Assembly: GCA_963677435.1 (NCBI GenBank)
Contig: OY781945.1
Span: 2,240,001-2,304,000 of the forward strand
DNA: 64,000 nucleotides
Source of the DNA: an uncultured Aliarcobacter sp.
Lineage (GTDB): Bacteria > Campylobacterota > Campylobacteria > Campylobacterales > Arcobacteraceae
Reading direction: 5' to 3'
Part shown: positions 49,831 through 59,842 of the stretch, in pieces
Numbering within the stretch: the first letter of the stretch is position 1
Layout: every line of letters starts with the position of its first letter
Made by a program: the position numbers and the translations under genes
Notes under the pieces: model-generated
Seen by the model: only the letters and a program-made list of their open reading frames with translations
What the model was told of the DNA's origin: nothing
Database searches by the model: none

Positions 49831-51093
49831 ATGAATTACATAACAAACGCAACGCTAGAACAAGCAGATAAAGAAGTATTTGACATAATCGAAAACGAAT
49901 TAAAAAGACAAACAAATCACTTAGAGATGATTGCAAGTGAAAACTTTACAAGTCCAGCTGTTATGCAAGCTATGGGTTCTGTTTTTACTAACAAATATGC
50001 TGAGGGTTATCCTTACAAAAGATATTATGGTGGTTGTGAATTTGCTGATAAAGTTGAGCAATTAGCAATTGACAGAGCTTGTGAAATCTTTGGTTGCTCT
50101 TATGCAAATGTTCAACCTCATTCAGGGTCTCAAGCTAATGGTGCTGTTTATGCTGCTTTAATAAATGCTGGTGATAAAATCTTAGGTATGGATTTATCTC
50201 ATGGTGGACATTTAACTCATGGATCAAAACCAAGTTTTTCTGGTAAAAACTATTCTGCATTTTATTATGGTGTTGAACTTGATGGTAGAATCAATTATGA
50301 TAAAGTTATGGAAATTGCAAAAGTTTGTCAACCAAAAATCATTGTTTGTGGTGCTAGTGCATATGCAAGAGAAATTGATTTTGCTAAATTTAGAGAAATA
50401 GCTGATAGCGTTGGTGCTATTTTATTTGCTGATATTGCACATATTGCTGGTCTTGTAGCTGCTGGTGAACATCCAAGTCCTTTCCCTTATGCCGATGTTG
50501 TAACAACTACTACTCATAAGACTCTAAGAGGTCCAAGAGGTGGTATGATTCTTACAAATGATGAAGATATTGCTAAAAAAATTAATAGTGCTATTTTCCC
50601 AGGAATTCAAGGTGGACCACTTGTTCATGTAATTGCTGCAAAAGCAGTAGCATTTAAAGAGATTTTAGACCCAAAATGGAAAGATTATGCAAAACAAGTA
50701 AAAGCAAATGCTAAAATACTTGGAGAAGTTCTAATGAAAAGAGGATATGATTTAGTTTCAGATGGAACAGATAATCACTTAGTATTAGTAAGTTTTTTAA
50801 ATAAACCATTCAGTGGAAAAGATGCAGATGCAGCTTTAGGAAATGCAGGAATTACAGTAAATAAAAATACAGTTCCAGGTGAGACAAGAAGTCCATTTGT
50901 AACAAGTGGTATAAGAATTGGGTCTCCTGCATTAACAGCACGAGGAATGAAAGAGAAAGAGTTTGAAATAATTGCAAATAAAATTTGTGATGTATTAGAT
51001 AATATTGAAGATACAGCTCTTCATGCAAAAATAAATAAAGAATTAGAAGAATTAGCTGGGAATTTTGTGATTTACAATAAATCGACTTTCTAG
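49831..51093 (+). CDS. glyA: Serine hydroxymethyltransferase
   Basis: [34 protein letters not shown] (PLP lysine). Confidence 0.97.
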   Translation: MNYITNATLEQADKEVFDIIENELKRQTNHLEMIASENFTSPAVMQAMGSVFTNKYAEGYPYKRYYGGCEFADKVEQLAIDRACEIFGCSYANVQPHSGSQANGAVYAALINAGDKILGMDLSHGGHLTHGSKPSFSGKNYSAFYYGVELDGRINYDKVMEIAKVCQPKIIVCGASAYAREIDFAKFREIADSVGAILFADIAHIAGLVAAGEHPSPFPYADVVTTTTHKTLRGPRGGMILTNDEDIAKKINSAIFPGIQGGPLVHVIAAKAVAFKEILDPKWKDYAKQVKANAKILGEVLMKRGYDLVSDGTDNHLVLVSFLNKPFSGKDADAALGNAGITVNKNTVPGETRSPFVTSGIRIGSPALTARGMKEKEFEIIANKICDVLDNIEDTALHAKINKELEELAGNFVIYNKSTF

Positions 51094-51118
51094 TCTCTTT
51101 TTTATATAAGGATAAAAG

Positions 51119-51949
51119 ATGAAAGATATTGTTGCCTTACATGATAACTATATACAAATAGAAAAAGCAATTAAATATATTGATGAGAATTTTAAAGAAC
51201 ATCCATCAATTGATGAAATTGCAAAAAATGTAGGTATGAGTAAATTTCATTTTATCCGAGTATTCAAAGAGTATGTAGGAGTTACTCCTAAACAATTTTT
51301 GCATTGCGTAACTTTAAATTATGCAAAAGAACATATAAAAGAGTCCAAATCCATACTAGATAGTAGTTTGGATATTGGACTTTCCAGCACAAGTAGACTT
51401 CATGAACTTTTTGTAAACCTAATTGGTGTAACGCCAAAAGAGTGGAAAGAAAAAGGAAAAGATGTTCAAATCACTTATGGATTTGGTGAAACTCCTTTTG
51501 GTGAAGCCTTAATTGGTTTTACAGACAAAGGAATCTGCTATTTAGGTTTTATTGATGATAATAAAACAGAGATTTTTAATCGATTTAATGAACTTTGGGA
51601 AAATGCAAATCTAGTTCATAATGAAATTGCTGCAAATGAATATTTAGAAAATATCTTCGTAAAAAATAAAAAATATAATCTTTTTGTAAAAGGAACAAAT
51701 CTTCAAGTAAATGTTTGGAAAGCTCTTTTAAATTTACCAAATGGAATAGTTGCAACCTACCAAGACATAGCAAATTATTTAGATAAACCAAAAGCTGTTC
51801 GAGCCATTGCTAGTGCCATTGGAAGAAATCATATTGGCTATTTAATTCCTTGCCACAGAGTCATTGCAAAAAGTGGAGCAATGAGTGGTTATAGATGGGG
51901 AATTGAGAGAAAGAAAATACTAATTGCCTATGAGTCAATCAATAAATAA
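51119..51949 (+). CDS. ada: Ada-like AraC-HTH / O6-methylguanine-DNA methyltransferase
   Basis: AraC HTH (HFIRVFKEYVGVTPK), SRLHELF, VRAIASA, IPCHRV active site. Confidence 0.9.
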   Translation: MKDIVALHDNYIQIEKAIKYIDENFKEHPSIDEIAKNVGMSKFHFIRVFKEYVGVTPKQFLHCVTLNYAKEHIKESKSILDSSLDIGLSSTSRLHELFVNLIGVTPKEWKEKGKDVQITYGFGETPFGEALIGFTDKGICYLGFIDDNKTEIFNRFNELWENANLVHNEIAANEYLENIFVKNKKYNLFVKGTNLQVNVWKALLNLPNGIVATYQDIANYLDKPKAVRAIASAIGRNHIGYLIPCHRVIAKSGAMSGYRWGIERKKILIAYESINK

Positions 51950-52047
51950 CTAAATTTCTGTACATATTATCAACATTTTAAATCAAAAAGTAACTCCTAT
52001 AAAAGATATAATTTAAGTATTATTATTAAAGATTATCAAGGTAAAAA

Positions 52048-52755
52048 ATGAAAAAGATTTATATCATAAAAGCTGGAACAACATTTGAAAATATTGTTGA
52101 AAAATATGGAGATTTTGAGCATTGGATTTTAAAATATATAGATGATTTTTCAACTCAAACTATTGATATTCAACAAAATGAACAATTACCAAAATTTGAA
52201 AACTGTGCTGGTGTAATAATCACAGGTTCACACGCAATGGTAACCCAAGAACTTCCATGGAGTTTAAAAATAGAAGCTTTCATAAAAGAACTTTCAAAAC
52301 TTGAAATACCACTTTTAGGTATTTGTTATGGTCATCAATTAATTGCAAAAAGTTTAGGTGCAGAAGTAAACTATCATCCAAAAGGTATGGAATTAGGAAC
52401 TGTAAATATTTCTCTTAGCCAAGAGGCACAAAATGATGAGATTTTCAAACATCTTCCACAAACATTTGATGTTCATGTTGTTCATTCTCAAAGTGCATTA
52501 ACTTTGCCTTTAAACTCAATATTATTGGCTTCAAATGAGTTTGAAAAAAATCACGCTTTTAAAATTGAGCCAAATATTTGGGCTGTTCAATTTCATCCAG
52601 AATATGATGAAAATATTATGAAAGCCTATATTAGTGAAGTTGCAAAAAGTAAAACTATAAATGAAGATGAAATATTATCAAATGTAAAAGATACAAATCA
52701 TTCAAATAAAATAATAAAATTATTTACAGATTATGTAAAAAATAAACAGAGTTAA
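52048..52755 (+). CDS. Type 1 glutamine amidotransferase (GMP-synthase-like, stand-alone)
   Basis: ITGS, LGICYGHQ, QFHPE triad. Confidence 0.88.
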   Translation: MKKIYIIKAGTTFENIVEKYGDFEHWILKYIDDFSTQTIDIQQNEQLPKFENCAGVIITGSHAMVTQELPWSLKIEAFIKELSKLEIPLLGICYGHQLIAKSLGAEVNYHPKGMELGTVNISLSQEAQNDEIFKHLPQTFDVHVVHSQSALTLPLNSILLASNEFEKNHAFKIEPNIWAVQFHPEYDENIMKAYISEVAKSKTINEDEILSNVKDTNHSNKIIKLFTDYVKNKQS

Positions 52756-52764
52756 TAAAATTTA

Positions 52765-53934
52765 TTAACTCTGTTGAATTGTTTTTTCAAATCTTCTAAA
52801 TCCCTCTTTTATCTCTTTTTTTGAAATAGTCAAAGGTGGTAAAAATCTAATTATATTTTTTCCTGATTTCAAAACTAAAACACCGTTTTCTAAGGCATTA
52901 TTTATAATCTCAGAAAGTTTGTTTTCATCTTTTAAAACAAGCCCTTTCATAAATCCCCAACCGTTTCTTTGTAAAAATATTTTAGGATATGTATCAACTA
53001 AATGGTCTAAATGTTTGTTGAAATAATTAATATTTGATTCAAGTTTTCCACTATTTAAATAAGCTTCTAAAATATCTAAAACCTTGTTGCAAACTGTAGT
53101 TGAAAAATGATTTCCTCCAAATGTTGAACCATGATCACCAGCTGTTAAAACATCTTTTAAATTTGTCATCATTACACCAATTGGAATTCCACTTGCTAAA
53201 CCTTTTGCAAGAGTTATAATATCTGGCTTTATTCCAAAATATTGAGACATTAAAAAATTCCCACTTCGATAAACTCCTGTTTGAACTTCATCAACTATTA
53301 AAAGAAGATTTTTATTTTTTAAAATAGTCTCTAACTCTTTTACCTTATTTACATCTTGCATATAGATTCCACCCTCACCTTGAATCAACTCAAGCATAAC
53401 ACCAACCGTAGAATCATCAATCAAATTTATAGCTTCAGCTATATCTTTTGCGTAAATAAATCCATCTGGATAAGGACCAAAATATTTGTGTTTATCTTCT
53501 TGAGCTGTTGCTTTTAAAGTAGCTATTGTTCTGCCATGAAAAGAGTTTTGAATAGTGATAATTTTATATTTTGGTGTTGAAAATGCAGTATTTCCATATT
53601 TTCTTGCAAGTTTTATTGCACTTTCATTTGCTTCTGCTCCACTATTACAAAAGAAACATTTCATATCATAAGTGCTTAATTCCACTATTTTTTTGGCACA
53701 TTTTTCTTGAGATTCTATATGATAAACATTTGAAGTATGTAAAATTTTATTTGCTTGTTTTTCCATAGTTTTAACAAGTTCTTTATTACAATATCCCAAA
53801 CTATTTACTCCAATTCCTGAAGTAAAATCAATATAATCTTTCCCTTTTTCATCGTATAAAACTGATTTTTTACCTTTTACAAATGATACATTTAATCTAT
53901 TGTATAAAGGTAATAAATAACTATCTTCGTTCAT
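52765..53934 (-). CDS. argD: Class III aminotransferase, acetylornithine aminotransferase-like
   Basis: NSGAEANE, SFHGRT, IQGEGG, DEVQTG, LAKGL, HGSTFGGN, RFLPPL. Confidence 0.8.
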   Translation of the reverse strand: MNEDSYLLPLYNRLNVSFVKGKKSVLYDEKGKDYIDFTSGIGVNSLGYCNKELVKTMEKQANKILHTSNVYHIESQEKCAKKIVELSTYDMKCFFCNSGAEANESAIKLARKYGNTAFSTPKYKIITIQNSFHGRTIATLKATAQEDKHKYFGPYPDGFIYAKDIAEAINLIDDSTVGVMLELIQGEGGIYMQDVNKVKELETILKNKNLLLIVDEVQTGVYRSGNFLMSQYFGIKPDIITLAKGLASGIPIGVMMTNLKDVLTAGDHGSTFGGNHFSTTVCNKVLDILEAYLNSGKLESNINYFNKHLDHLVDTYPKIFLQRNGWGFMKGLVLKDENKLSEIINNALENGVLVLKSGKNIIRFLPPLTISKKEIKEGFRRFEKTIQQS

Positions 53935-53943
53935 TTTTATTCC

Positions 53944-54639
53944 TTATGTATGATAATATGAAAATTGGTCATCTTTATCTTTTAATTTAAATCTTTTAGA
54001 TAATGACTCAAAAAATTGTTTTCCTAAATCTTCACAATTTAAAGCTTCAAGGCTAATAGCTTCATCGCTCATTGGATTTACTATTAATTTATTTAATTTT
54101 TCAATTGTTAAATTAGGATGTTTTCTCTCTTGCAAAATAACTTCATCATTTTGGCAAATAATTCCCTCTTCTAAAACTTTTGCATACAAACCTGTAAGTC
54201 CATTGTCAAAAATAAATTTTGTTATATTTTTTTGATTTGTATTTGCACTTAATTTCCAACAAGGTTGCCTTGGTTGTATTATTTGAACTTTTGTTTGCCC
54301 TATTTTTAAAATATCTCCAATACAAATATCTTTTTCACAAATATCAGATAAAATCAAATTTTCTCCAAAATATGCCATATTTGTCATCTCAAAACTGTTA
54401 TTAAAAAAAGAGTTTATTTTTTCATAAGTCAAAGCAGAAAAAAGAAATAAAGCTTTATTAACTCCTCCATGATGCTCTAAATCAGCTTGGAAATCTTCTT
54501 CAAAACCTGTTTTGCTTAGATTTGCTTTTGAAACTGGATATTTTTTAATTCCCGAAGTCAATTCACTTCTTTTAGAATTTTCAAGTTTAGTTGTAGTTAC
54601 AATTCCAACTTTTATATATAAAACATTTGATATTTTCAT
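53944..54639 (-). CDS. MOSC domain protein (YiiM-like)
   Basis: QADLEHHGG..KA, FGENL, QPRQPCWKL, TGLY.KVLEEG. Confidence 0.88.
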   Translation of the reverse strand: MKISNVLYIKVGIVTTTKLENSKRSELTSGIKKYPVSKANLSKTGFEEDFQADLEHHGGVNKALFLFSALTYEKINSFFNNSFEMTNMAYFGENLILSDICEKDICIGDILKIGQTKVQIIQPRQPCWKLSANTNQKNITKFIFDNGLTGLYAKVLEEGIICQNDEVILQERKHPNLTIEKLNKLIVNPMSDEAISLEALNCEDLGKQFFESLSKRFKLKDKDDQFSYYHT

Positions 54640-54713
54640 TTAAATACTCCAATATTTTTAAAACATAGAAGTATAAGTAAATTATAATAATATAACAATC
54701 CAATTATTGCTAT

Positions 54714-55583
54714 TTATATTTCAATACTATAAAAACAAGAAAAAATTTCATCTTTTTGCAAAGTAATCATTGCTTTTTTATCTTCTAAATTTTGAGTAGA
54801 ATTCTCTTCATCTGCAACTCCAAACCAAGGTTCAATACACAAAAATGGCGCACCACTTGGTTTTGACCAAATACCTAAATATGGAAAATTTTCAAAATCT
54901 ACTTTTATAAAATTATCATTTTTCTTACTTCTAAAAGTGAGTTGTTTTATATTTAAATCATTAAAAACTAAAGCATCATTTTTAAATAACTCTTCATTTA
55001 AAGCTATTTTATTCTCAATTATTTCTAAATCTTCATTTTTATAAACTAAACCTTTATCATTTAAAAAATACCTTTTTGTCTGTTTTATATCTTCAAACTC
55101 CAAATAATAATCCTCTTTTTTTTCATTTTCTTTTAAAGGCCAATTAAAAGCAGGATGAGCACCGATTGAAAAAAGCATTTTATCAAGGGATTTATTTATT
55201 ATTTTATAGTTTATAACTAAACTATTTTTTTCAAGTTTATATGAAAGGAAAAGCTCAAAATAAAAAGGATAAATTTCTAAACTTTTATCATCACTACAAA
55301 GTCTGAACTCTATGAAATCAACTTCATTTTTTACAACTTCAAACTCTTTATCTCTAGCAAATCCATGTTGTGTCATATTGTATTTTTGATTTTGATAAAT
55401 ATAACTATCATTTTTTAATCTTCCAACAATTGGGAAAAGTATAGGAGAATGACGATTCCAGTATTTAGGATTTCCTTGCCAGATATATTCTAAATCATTA
55501 TCATTTTTTTGAAGACTATTTAATTCTGCTCCAAAAGATTTGATTTTAGCTTTTATAAAACTATTTTTTATTTCATAATTCAT
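54714..55583 (-). CDS. Aldose 1-epimerase family protein (LacX-like)
   Basis: GAEL, PILFPIVG, HGFARD, GAHPAF, CIEPW. Confidence 0.9.
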   Translation of the reverse strand: MNYEIKNSFIKAKIKSFGAELNSLQKNDNDLEYIWQGNPKYWNRHSPILFPIVGRLKNDSYIYQNQKYNMTQHGFARDKEFEVVKNEVDFIEFRLCSDDKSLEIYPFYFELFLSYKLEKNSLVINYKIINKSLDKMLFSIGAHPAFNWPLKENEKKEDYYLEFEDIKQTKRYFLNDKGLVYKNEDLEIIENKIALNEELFKNDALVFNDLNIKQLTFRSKKNDNFIKVDFENFPYLGIWSKPSGAPFLCIEPWFGVADEENSTQNLEDKKAMITLQKDEIFSCFYSIEI

Positions 55584-56782
55584 TCTAAACCTAATTTTAT
55601 TTCTCTAATTTCTATTTTTGCTAAAAGACTATCAATTTTCTTCTTTTGAACATCTAATACACTTACTAACTCTTTTACCTTATTATTCTTTATTTGGAAT
55701 TCATTTGAAACTTCACTAAAAGAAGAAGAACTAATATCATGTTTCTCTTTTGCCTCATGTTGAGTTGCAACAGCTGTTTTTATTTTTTCTTTTGCCTTTG
55801 AACTAACTTCTTTTAGTCTTTCTTCACTTTCATTACTTAGTTTTTCAAAATATTTAATTTGACTTAAAAATTTACTTTTTCTTCTCTCTTCTTGCTCTAT
55901 AAAAAAATCCATACTTCTATAAAATTCTAATTGTTCTTGTAATCTATTGATTTTATCCCTTGCTTGGATATTTATTCTTCTACTTTCATTTATATTTTGG
56001 GCTACTTTCTTTTTGAAATTCTTTTGTTCTTGTTCATATTCTGTTGCTAAAAATTCTATCCAAATGAACTCTTTTATATCTTCTTTGTAATCAAGAAGAG
56101 GAATTACAGTTAAATATACAAAATACTCTTGAGAATCTTTTGATAGATATTTCATCTTTCCTTCCCAAACTTCACCTTTATTACTAATAGATTCTATTTC
56201 ATCAAAAATCACTCTATTTATATCACTTAAATCACTATGTTTTTTACCAATTAATTCCTCTTGAGTATATTGAGAGGCTTCACAAAATGACTTATTTACA
56301 AATGTAATTTCATTATTTAGATTTGTTTTTGAAACTATTGAAACTTCATTTACAAGTTCAACAATATCTTCTAAATCTTTTTGAATTGTCTGTTTATATA
56401 AGTGATTACATTTTACAAAACTAATCTTTTCTATTGAATCTAAAATATCATTTAAAGTGAAAGGTTCTATTAAAAAATCACTAATTCCTAGTTTAATTAA
56501 ATTTAATAAATCCTGCGTTTCTATATCTTTAGTAAATATTATTAATGCAATATCTTCATCAACCTTTTTGATACCTTCTAAAAGATATATTTCACTTAGA
56601 ACAATATCAATTTTTTCTTGACTTTCTAAGCTATTTTTATAATAATCAATTGCTTCATCAATATCATTTTTGAAAACTACAGTGTTAAATTTCTTAATAA
56701 AATTTTCATTAAAGTGATTATTATTTTCATTCAAGACAATCATAATATTTAGTTTTTTAAAAAAATCATCTCTATTTAGCAT
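55580..56782 (-). CDS. Pseudo-receiver + PAS + coiled-coil protein
   Basis: Degenerate REC (IDIVLSEI, FLIEP), PAS (VSKTN..ITFVN..FC..SQY..EELIG), coiled-coil tail. Confidence 0.75.
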   Translation of the reverse strand: MLNRDDFFKKLNIMIVLNENNNHFNENFIKKFNTVVFKNDIDEAIDYYKNSLESQEKIDIVLSEIYLLEGIKKVDEDIALIIFTKDIETQDLLNLIKLGISDFLIEPFTLNDILDSIEKISFVKCNHLYKQTIQKDLEDIVELVNEVSIVSKTNLNNEITFVNKSFCEASQYTQEELIGKKHSDLSDINRVIFDEIESISNKGEVWEGKMKYLSKDSQEYFVYLTVIPLLDYKEDIKEFIWIEFLATEYEQEQKNFKKKVAQNINESRRINIQARDKINRLQEQLEFYRSMDFFIEQEERRKSKFLSQIKYFEKLSNESEERLKEVSSKAKEKIKTAVATQHEAKEKHDISSSSFSEVSNEFQIKNNKVKELVSVLDVQKKKIDSLLAKIEIREIKLGLE

Positions 56783-56794
56783 ATGAAATATCCT

Positions 56795-58030
56795 CTATTT
56801 TTTACCACTAATTTGACTCTCTCTATGTAAAAGTACATCTTCTAAATTAATGATTTTTTGATCTCTTTCAACAACTTCTGTCTCTAATTTTTTAATAAAT
56901 TCATCTCTTAATATTATCTCTCGAGACATTTTAGTAATCTTTTTATCTAATTTATCACTATGATCTACTAAATCATGTGAAGATTGAGAAATTTCTTTTA
57001 TTTTAATATTGATTTCAAATGTAAATAAATCTTGACGACTTTTTATCTTTTTAATTTTATCTTCTGCTGAATGAATATCTTCAAAATAAGTTAAATTTTC
57101 TATTTGTAAATTTTTCAGAACTTTCTCTTTTTTGTCATAATTTTGATACTTTGACAACTCAAAAGTTAGTTCATCAATCTTATCTTGGGCTTTTCTAAAA
57201 ATTTTTTTTGTCTCTTGAAAATTATATAAAACTTTCTTTTTAAACTCTCTTCTTTCATTTTCTTCTTTTGTAGTAAGAAAATTTACACTTATAAAACTTT
57301 TTATTTTATCTTTTTCTTTTATGGGAATTGTTGTGCAATTAACATAAAAAATAGAGTCATCTTTTGTGGAATACTTTAAATTTCCATTGAATTTTTCACA
57401 ATTTTTCAAAGTCTCTTCTTGTTTAGAAATAATCTCTTTTGAAATATCTAAATGATATATTTTTGTATAATCTTCACCTATTAAATCACAATCTTCATAT
57501 TTAGACAACTCTTTAAAAAAATCATTTATGTATAAAATTTTACCTTCAAAATCATATATATAAACAATTGCAACTTTATTTATTGTGTCAAAATACTCTT
57601 TGATTATCTCTTGATTATTTATTATTTCTATGTATCTTTTATTTTTTTTGCATACTATTTCAATTTTTTCTAACAACAACTTCACATCTAAAGGTTTTAT
57701 GAAAAAGTCACTAACTCCATGTTTAATAGCACTAATTAAATACTCTTTTTCACTAAATGCTGTAGTAAAAATAAAAGGAATATATTTATCTATTTTTCTA
57801 ACATTTTCTAAAAATTCAATCCCATTCATAAAAGGCATTGAAATATCACTTACGATTACATCAATTTTATTTTCAGATTCTAAAAATCTTTCTAAAGCTT
57901 CTCTTCCATCTTTTGCAATAATCACCTCTTTAAAAAAATCTTTAATGCTTAAAAATAGTTGCTCGCGAATAAATTCATCATCTTCAACACATAAAATAGT
58001 AAGTTCTTTTAGAAAATCCTTATTAAACAT
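56795..58030 (-). CDS. Response regulator receiver + PAS + coiled-coil protein
   Basis: VEDD, VSDISMP..NG, TTA, FIKP; PAS; coiled-coil tail. Confidence 0.85.
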   Translation of the reverse strand: MFNKDFLKELTILCVEDDEFIREQLFLSIKDFFKEVIIAKDGREALERFLESENKIDVIVSDISMPFMNGIEFLENVRKIDKYIPFIFTTAFSEKEYLISAIKHGVSDFFIKPLDVKLLLEKIEIVCKKNKRYIEIINNQEIIKEYFDTINKVAIVYIYDFEGKILYINDFFKELSKYEDCDLIGEDYTKIYHLDISKEIISKQEETLKNCEKFNGNLKYSTKDDSIFYVNCTTIPIKEKDKIKSFISVNFLTTKEENERREFKKKVLYNFQETKKIFRKAQDKIDELTFELSKYQNYDKKEKVLKNLQIENLTYFEDIHSAEDKIKKIKSRQDLFTFEINIKIKEISQSSHDLVDHSDKLDKKITKMSREIILRDEFIKKLETEVVERDQKIINLEDVLLHRESQISGKK

Positions 58031-58151
58031 GACAATTTTATTATTTCCTTTTTTAGTCTTATAATATAATACTATATTTTATAGATAATGTATTAGGAAA
58101 TATACAGAAATTAAATTATTTTTTTGATTTTTATTTGATTTTTATGTTCAA

Positions 58152-58182
58152 AAGAAAGATATTTTATAATAATATCTTTCTT
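58152..58182 (-). terminator. Hairpin/terminator downstream of rhlE
   Basis: AAGAAAGATATT-ttataat-AATATCTTTCTT. Confidence 0.6.
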
Positions 58183-58198
58183 AGATAGTTTACATTAA

Positions 58199-59578
58199 TT
58201 AGTTATTTTTAAAACCTGAGTTTGTTCTTCTATTTTTAGAAGCATTTGACGAAGGTTCACTTTTTTTAGAAGCAAATCTATTGTTGTTATTACTTCTTGG
58301 TTTTGCAGATGAACTTTCTTCTTTTTTTCTTCCAAAAGGTTTTTTAGAATTAGAATTTGCTTCTTTTGGTTTAGAAGTTCTATTTTGATTTGAACTATTA
58401 CCTCTGTTTCCTCTATTTCCAATTGGCTCAGCTTTTATATTTGGGTCAACTTTAAATCCGATTGTTTCGATTTTCCTGATTTTTTGTTTGATTAATTTTT
58501 CAATTCCAAACAAATAATCATGTTCATCAACACAAACTAAAGATATTGCTTCACCCTCGTTTCCAGCTCGCCCAGTTCTTCCGATTCTATGTACATAATC
58601 TTCAGCAATATTTGGTAATTCGAAGTTTATTACATGTGGAAGATTGTCAATATCAATCCCACGTGCAGCGATATCAGTTGCAACTAAAACTCTTACATTT
58701 CCAGCTTTGAAATCATCTAAGGCCTTTGTTCTTGCACCTTGTGATTTATTTCCATGAATTGCAGATGAAGAAATTCCATCTTTTACAAGTGCTTCACTAA
58801 GTTTGTTTGCACCATGTTTTGTTCTTGTGAAAACTAAAACTTGTTTCCAGTTATTTTTATTAACTAAATGTAATAAAAGTTCTTTTTTTCTCTCTCTATC
58901 AACTAAATGAACACTTTGTTCAACTTTGTGAGAAGTGCTATTTGCAGTTGCTGCTTCTATTAAAACAGGAGAATTCAATAAACTATCAGCTAGTTTTTTA
59001 ATATCATCTGAGAAAGTAGCTGAGAAAAGAAGATTTTGTCTTTGTTTTGGAATAATTGCTAGAACTTTTTTAATATCGTTTATAAATCCCATATCAAGCA
59101 TTCTGTCTGCTTCATCTAGAACAAAAAATTCGATTTTTGATAAATCTAAACAATCTTGAGAGATTAAATCAAGTAATCTTCCAGGAGTTGCAATTACAAT
59201 ATCAACACCTTTTTTTAAAAGTGCTTTTTGTGGGTTGATTCCAACTCCACCAAAAACCACAGCTGATTTGAAAGGAAGATACTTCCCATAAGTTTCAACA
59301 CTTTGAGCAACTTGCGCTGCAAGTTCTCTTGTTGGAGTTAAAATCAAAGCTCTTACATGAGATTTTTTATCTTTATTGTAAGCAGTTTTTAATCTTTGTA
59401 ACAGTGGAAGTGTAAATCCAGCCGTTTTTCCAGTACCCGTTTGAGCAGCTGCTAGAACATCTTTATTTGATAAAATCACTGGAATTGATTTTGCTTGAAT
59501 TGGCGTTGGCGTTGTATAACCCTCTTCTTTAATTGCACGAAGAAGTTCTGCGCATAAACCTAAGTTTGAAAATGACAT
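58199..59578 (-). CDS. rhlE: DEAD-box RNA helicase (RhlE-like)
   Basis: Q motif, [31 protein letters not shown]; basic C-terminal tail. Confidence 0.92.
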   Translation of the reverse strand: MSFSNLGLCAELLRAIKEEGYTTPTPIQAKSIPVILSNKDVLAAAQTGTGKTAGFTLPLLQRLKTAYNKDKKSHVRALILTPTRELAAQVAQSVETYGKYLPFKSAVVFGGVGINPQKALLKKGVDIVIATPGRLLDLISQDCLDLSKIEFFVLDEADRMLDMGFINDIKKVLAIIPKQRQNLLFSATFSDDIKKLADSLLNSPVLIEAATANSTSHKVEQSVHLVDRERKKELLLHLVNKNNWKQVLVFTRTKHGANKLSEALVKDGISSSAIHGNKSQGARTKALDDFKAGNVRVLVATDIAARGIDIDNLPHVINFELPNIAEDYVHRIGRTGRAGNEGEAISLVCVDEHDYLFGIEKLIKQKIRKIETIGFKVDPNIKAEPIGNRGNRGNSSNQNRTSKPKEANSNSKKPFGRKKEESSSAKPRSNNNNRFASKKSEPSSNASKNRRTNSGFKNN

Positions 59579-59728
59579 AAGTACCTTGTTTTGTTATGAA
59601 CCTATCAAAAGTTGTAAACTTGAGTTACGATCTAGGTTATATAATTTGAGTTTAGTTGAGTTGTAAATTGACTACAAAAACGAAGTCAGGCATAGACCGA
59701 TGTATGCTGAAATTATGGGATTATAGCA
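59579..59728 (-). promoter_or_regulatory. rhlE promoter (TGCTATAAT at 59720-59728) and ~135-nt structured 5' leader
   Basis: Perfect extended -10; several hairpins and repeats between predicted TSS (~59713) and ATG. Confidence 0.55.
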
Positions 59729-59806
59729 TAAATATTGGATTAAAGGTGTTAAAAGAATTTAAAAGAAAAATTTGAACTAAAGAATAATTATTTTCTTATC
59801 TTTTAT

Positions 59807-59815
59807 TGATATAAT
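59807..59815 (+). promoter_or_regulatory. Extended -10 promoter of the ATPase-HNH pair (TGATATAAT)
   Basis: 27 bp upstream of ATG at 59843. Confidence 0.55.
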
Positions 59816-59842
59816 TTATACAAATAATAATCAAGGTTTTTT

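Noticed and set aside
59579..59842. Structured RNA next to the PtuAB-like genes as a retron msr/msd
   Set aside because: No reverse transcriptase in the window, no long a1/a2 inverted repeat, and the structure lies downstream of a minus-strand promoter pointing into rhlE
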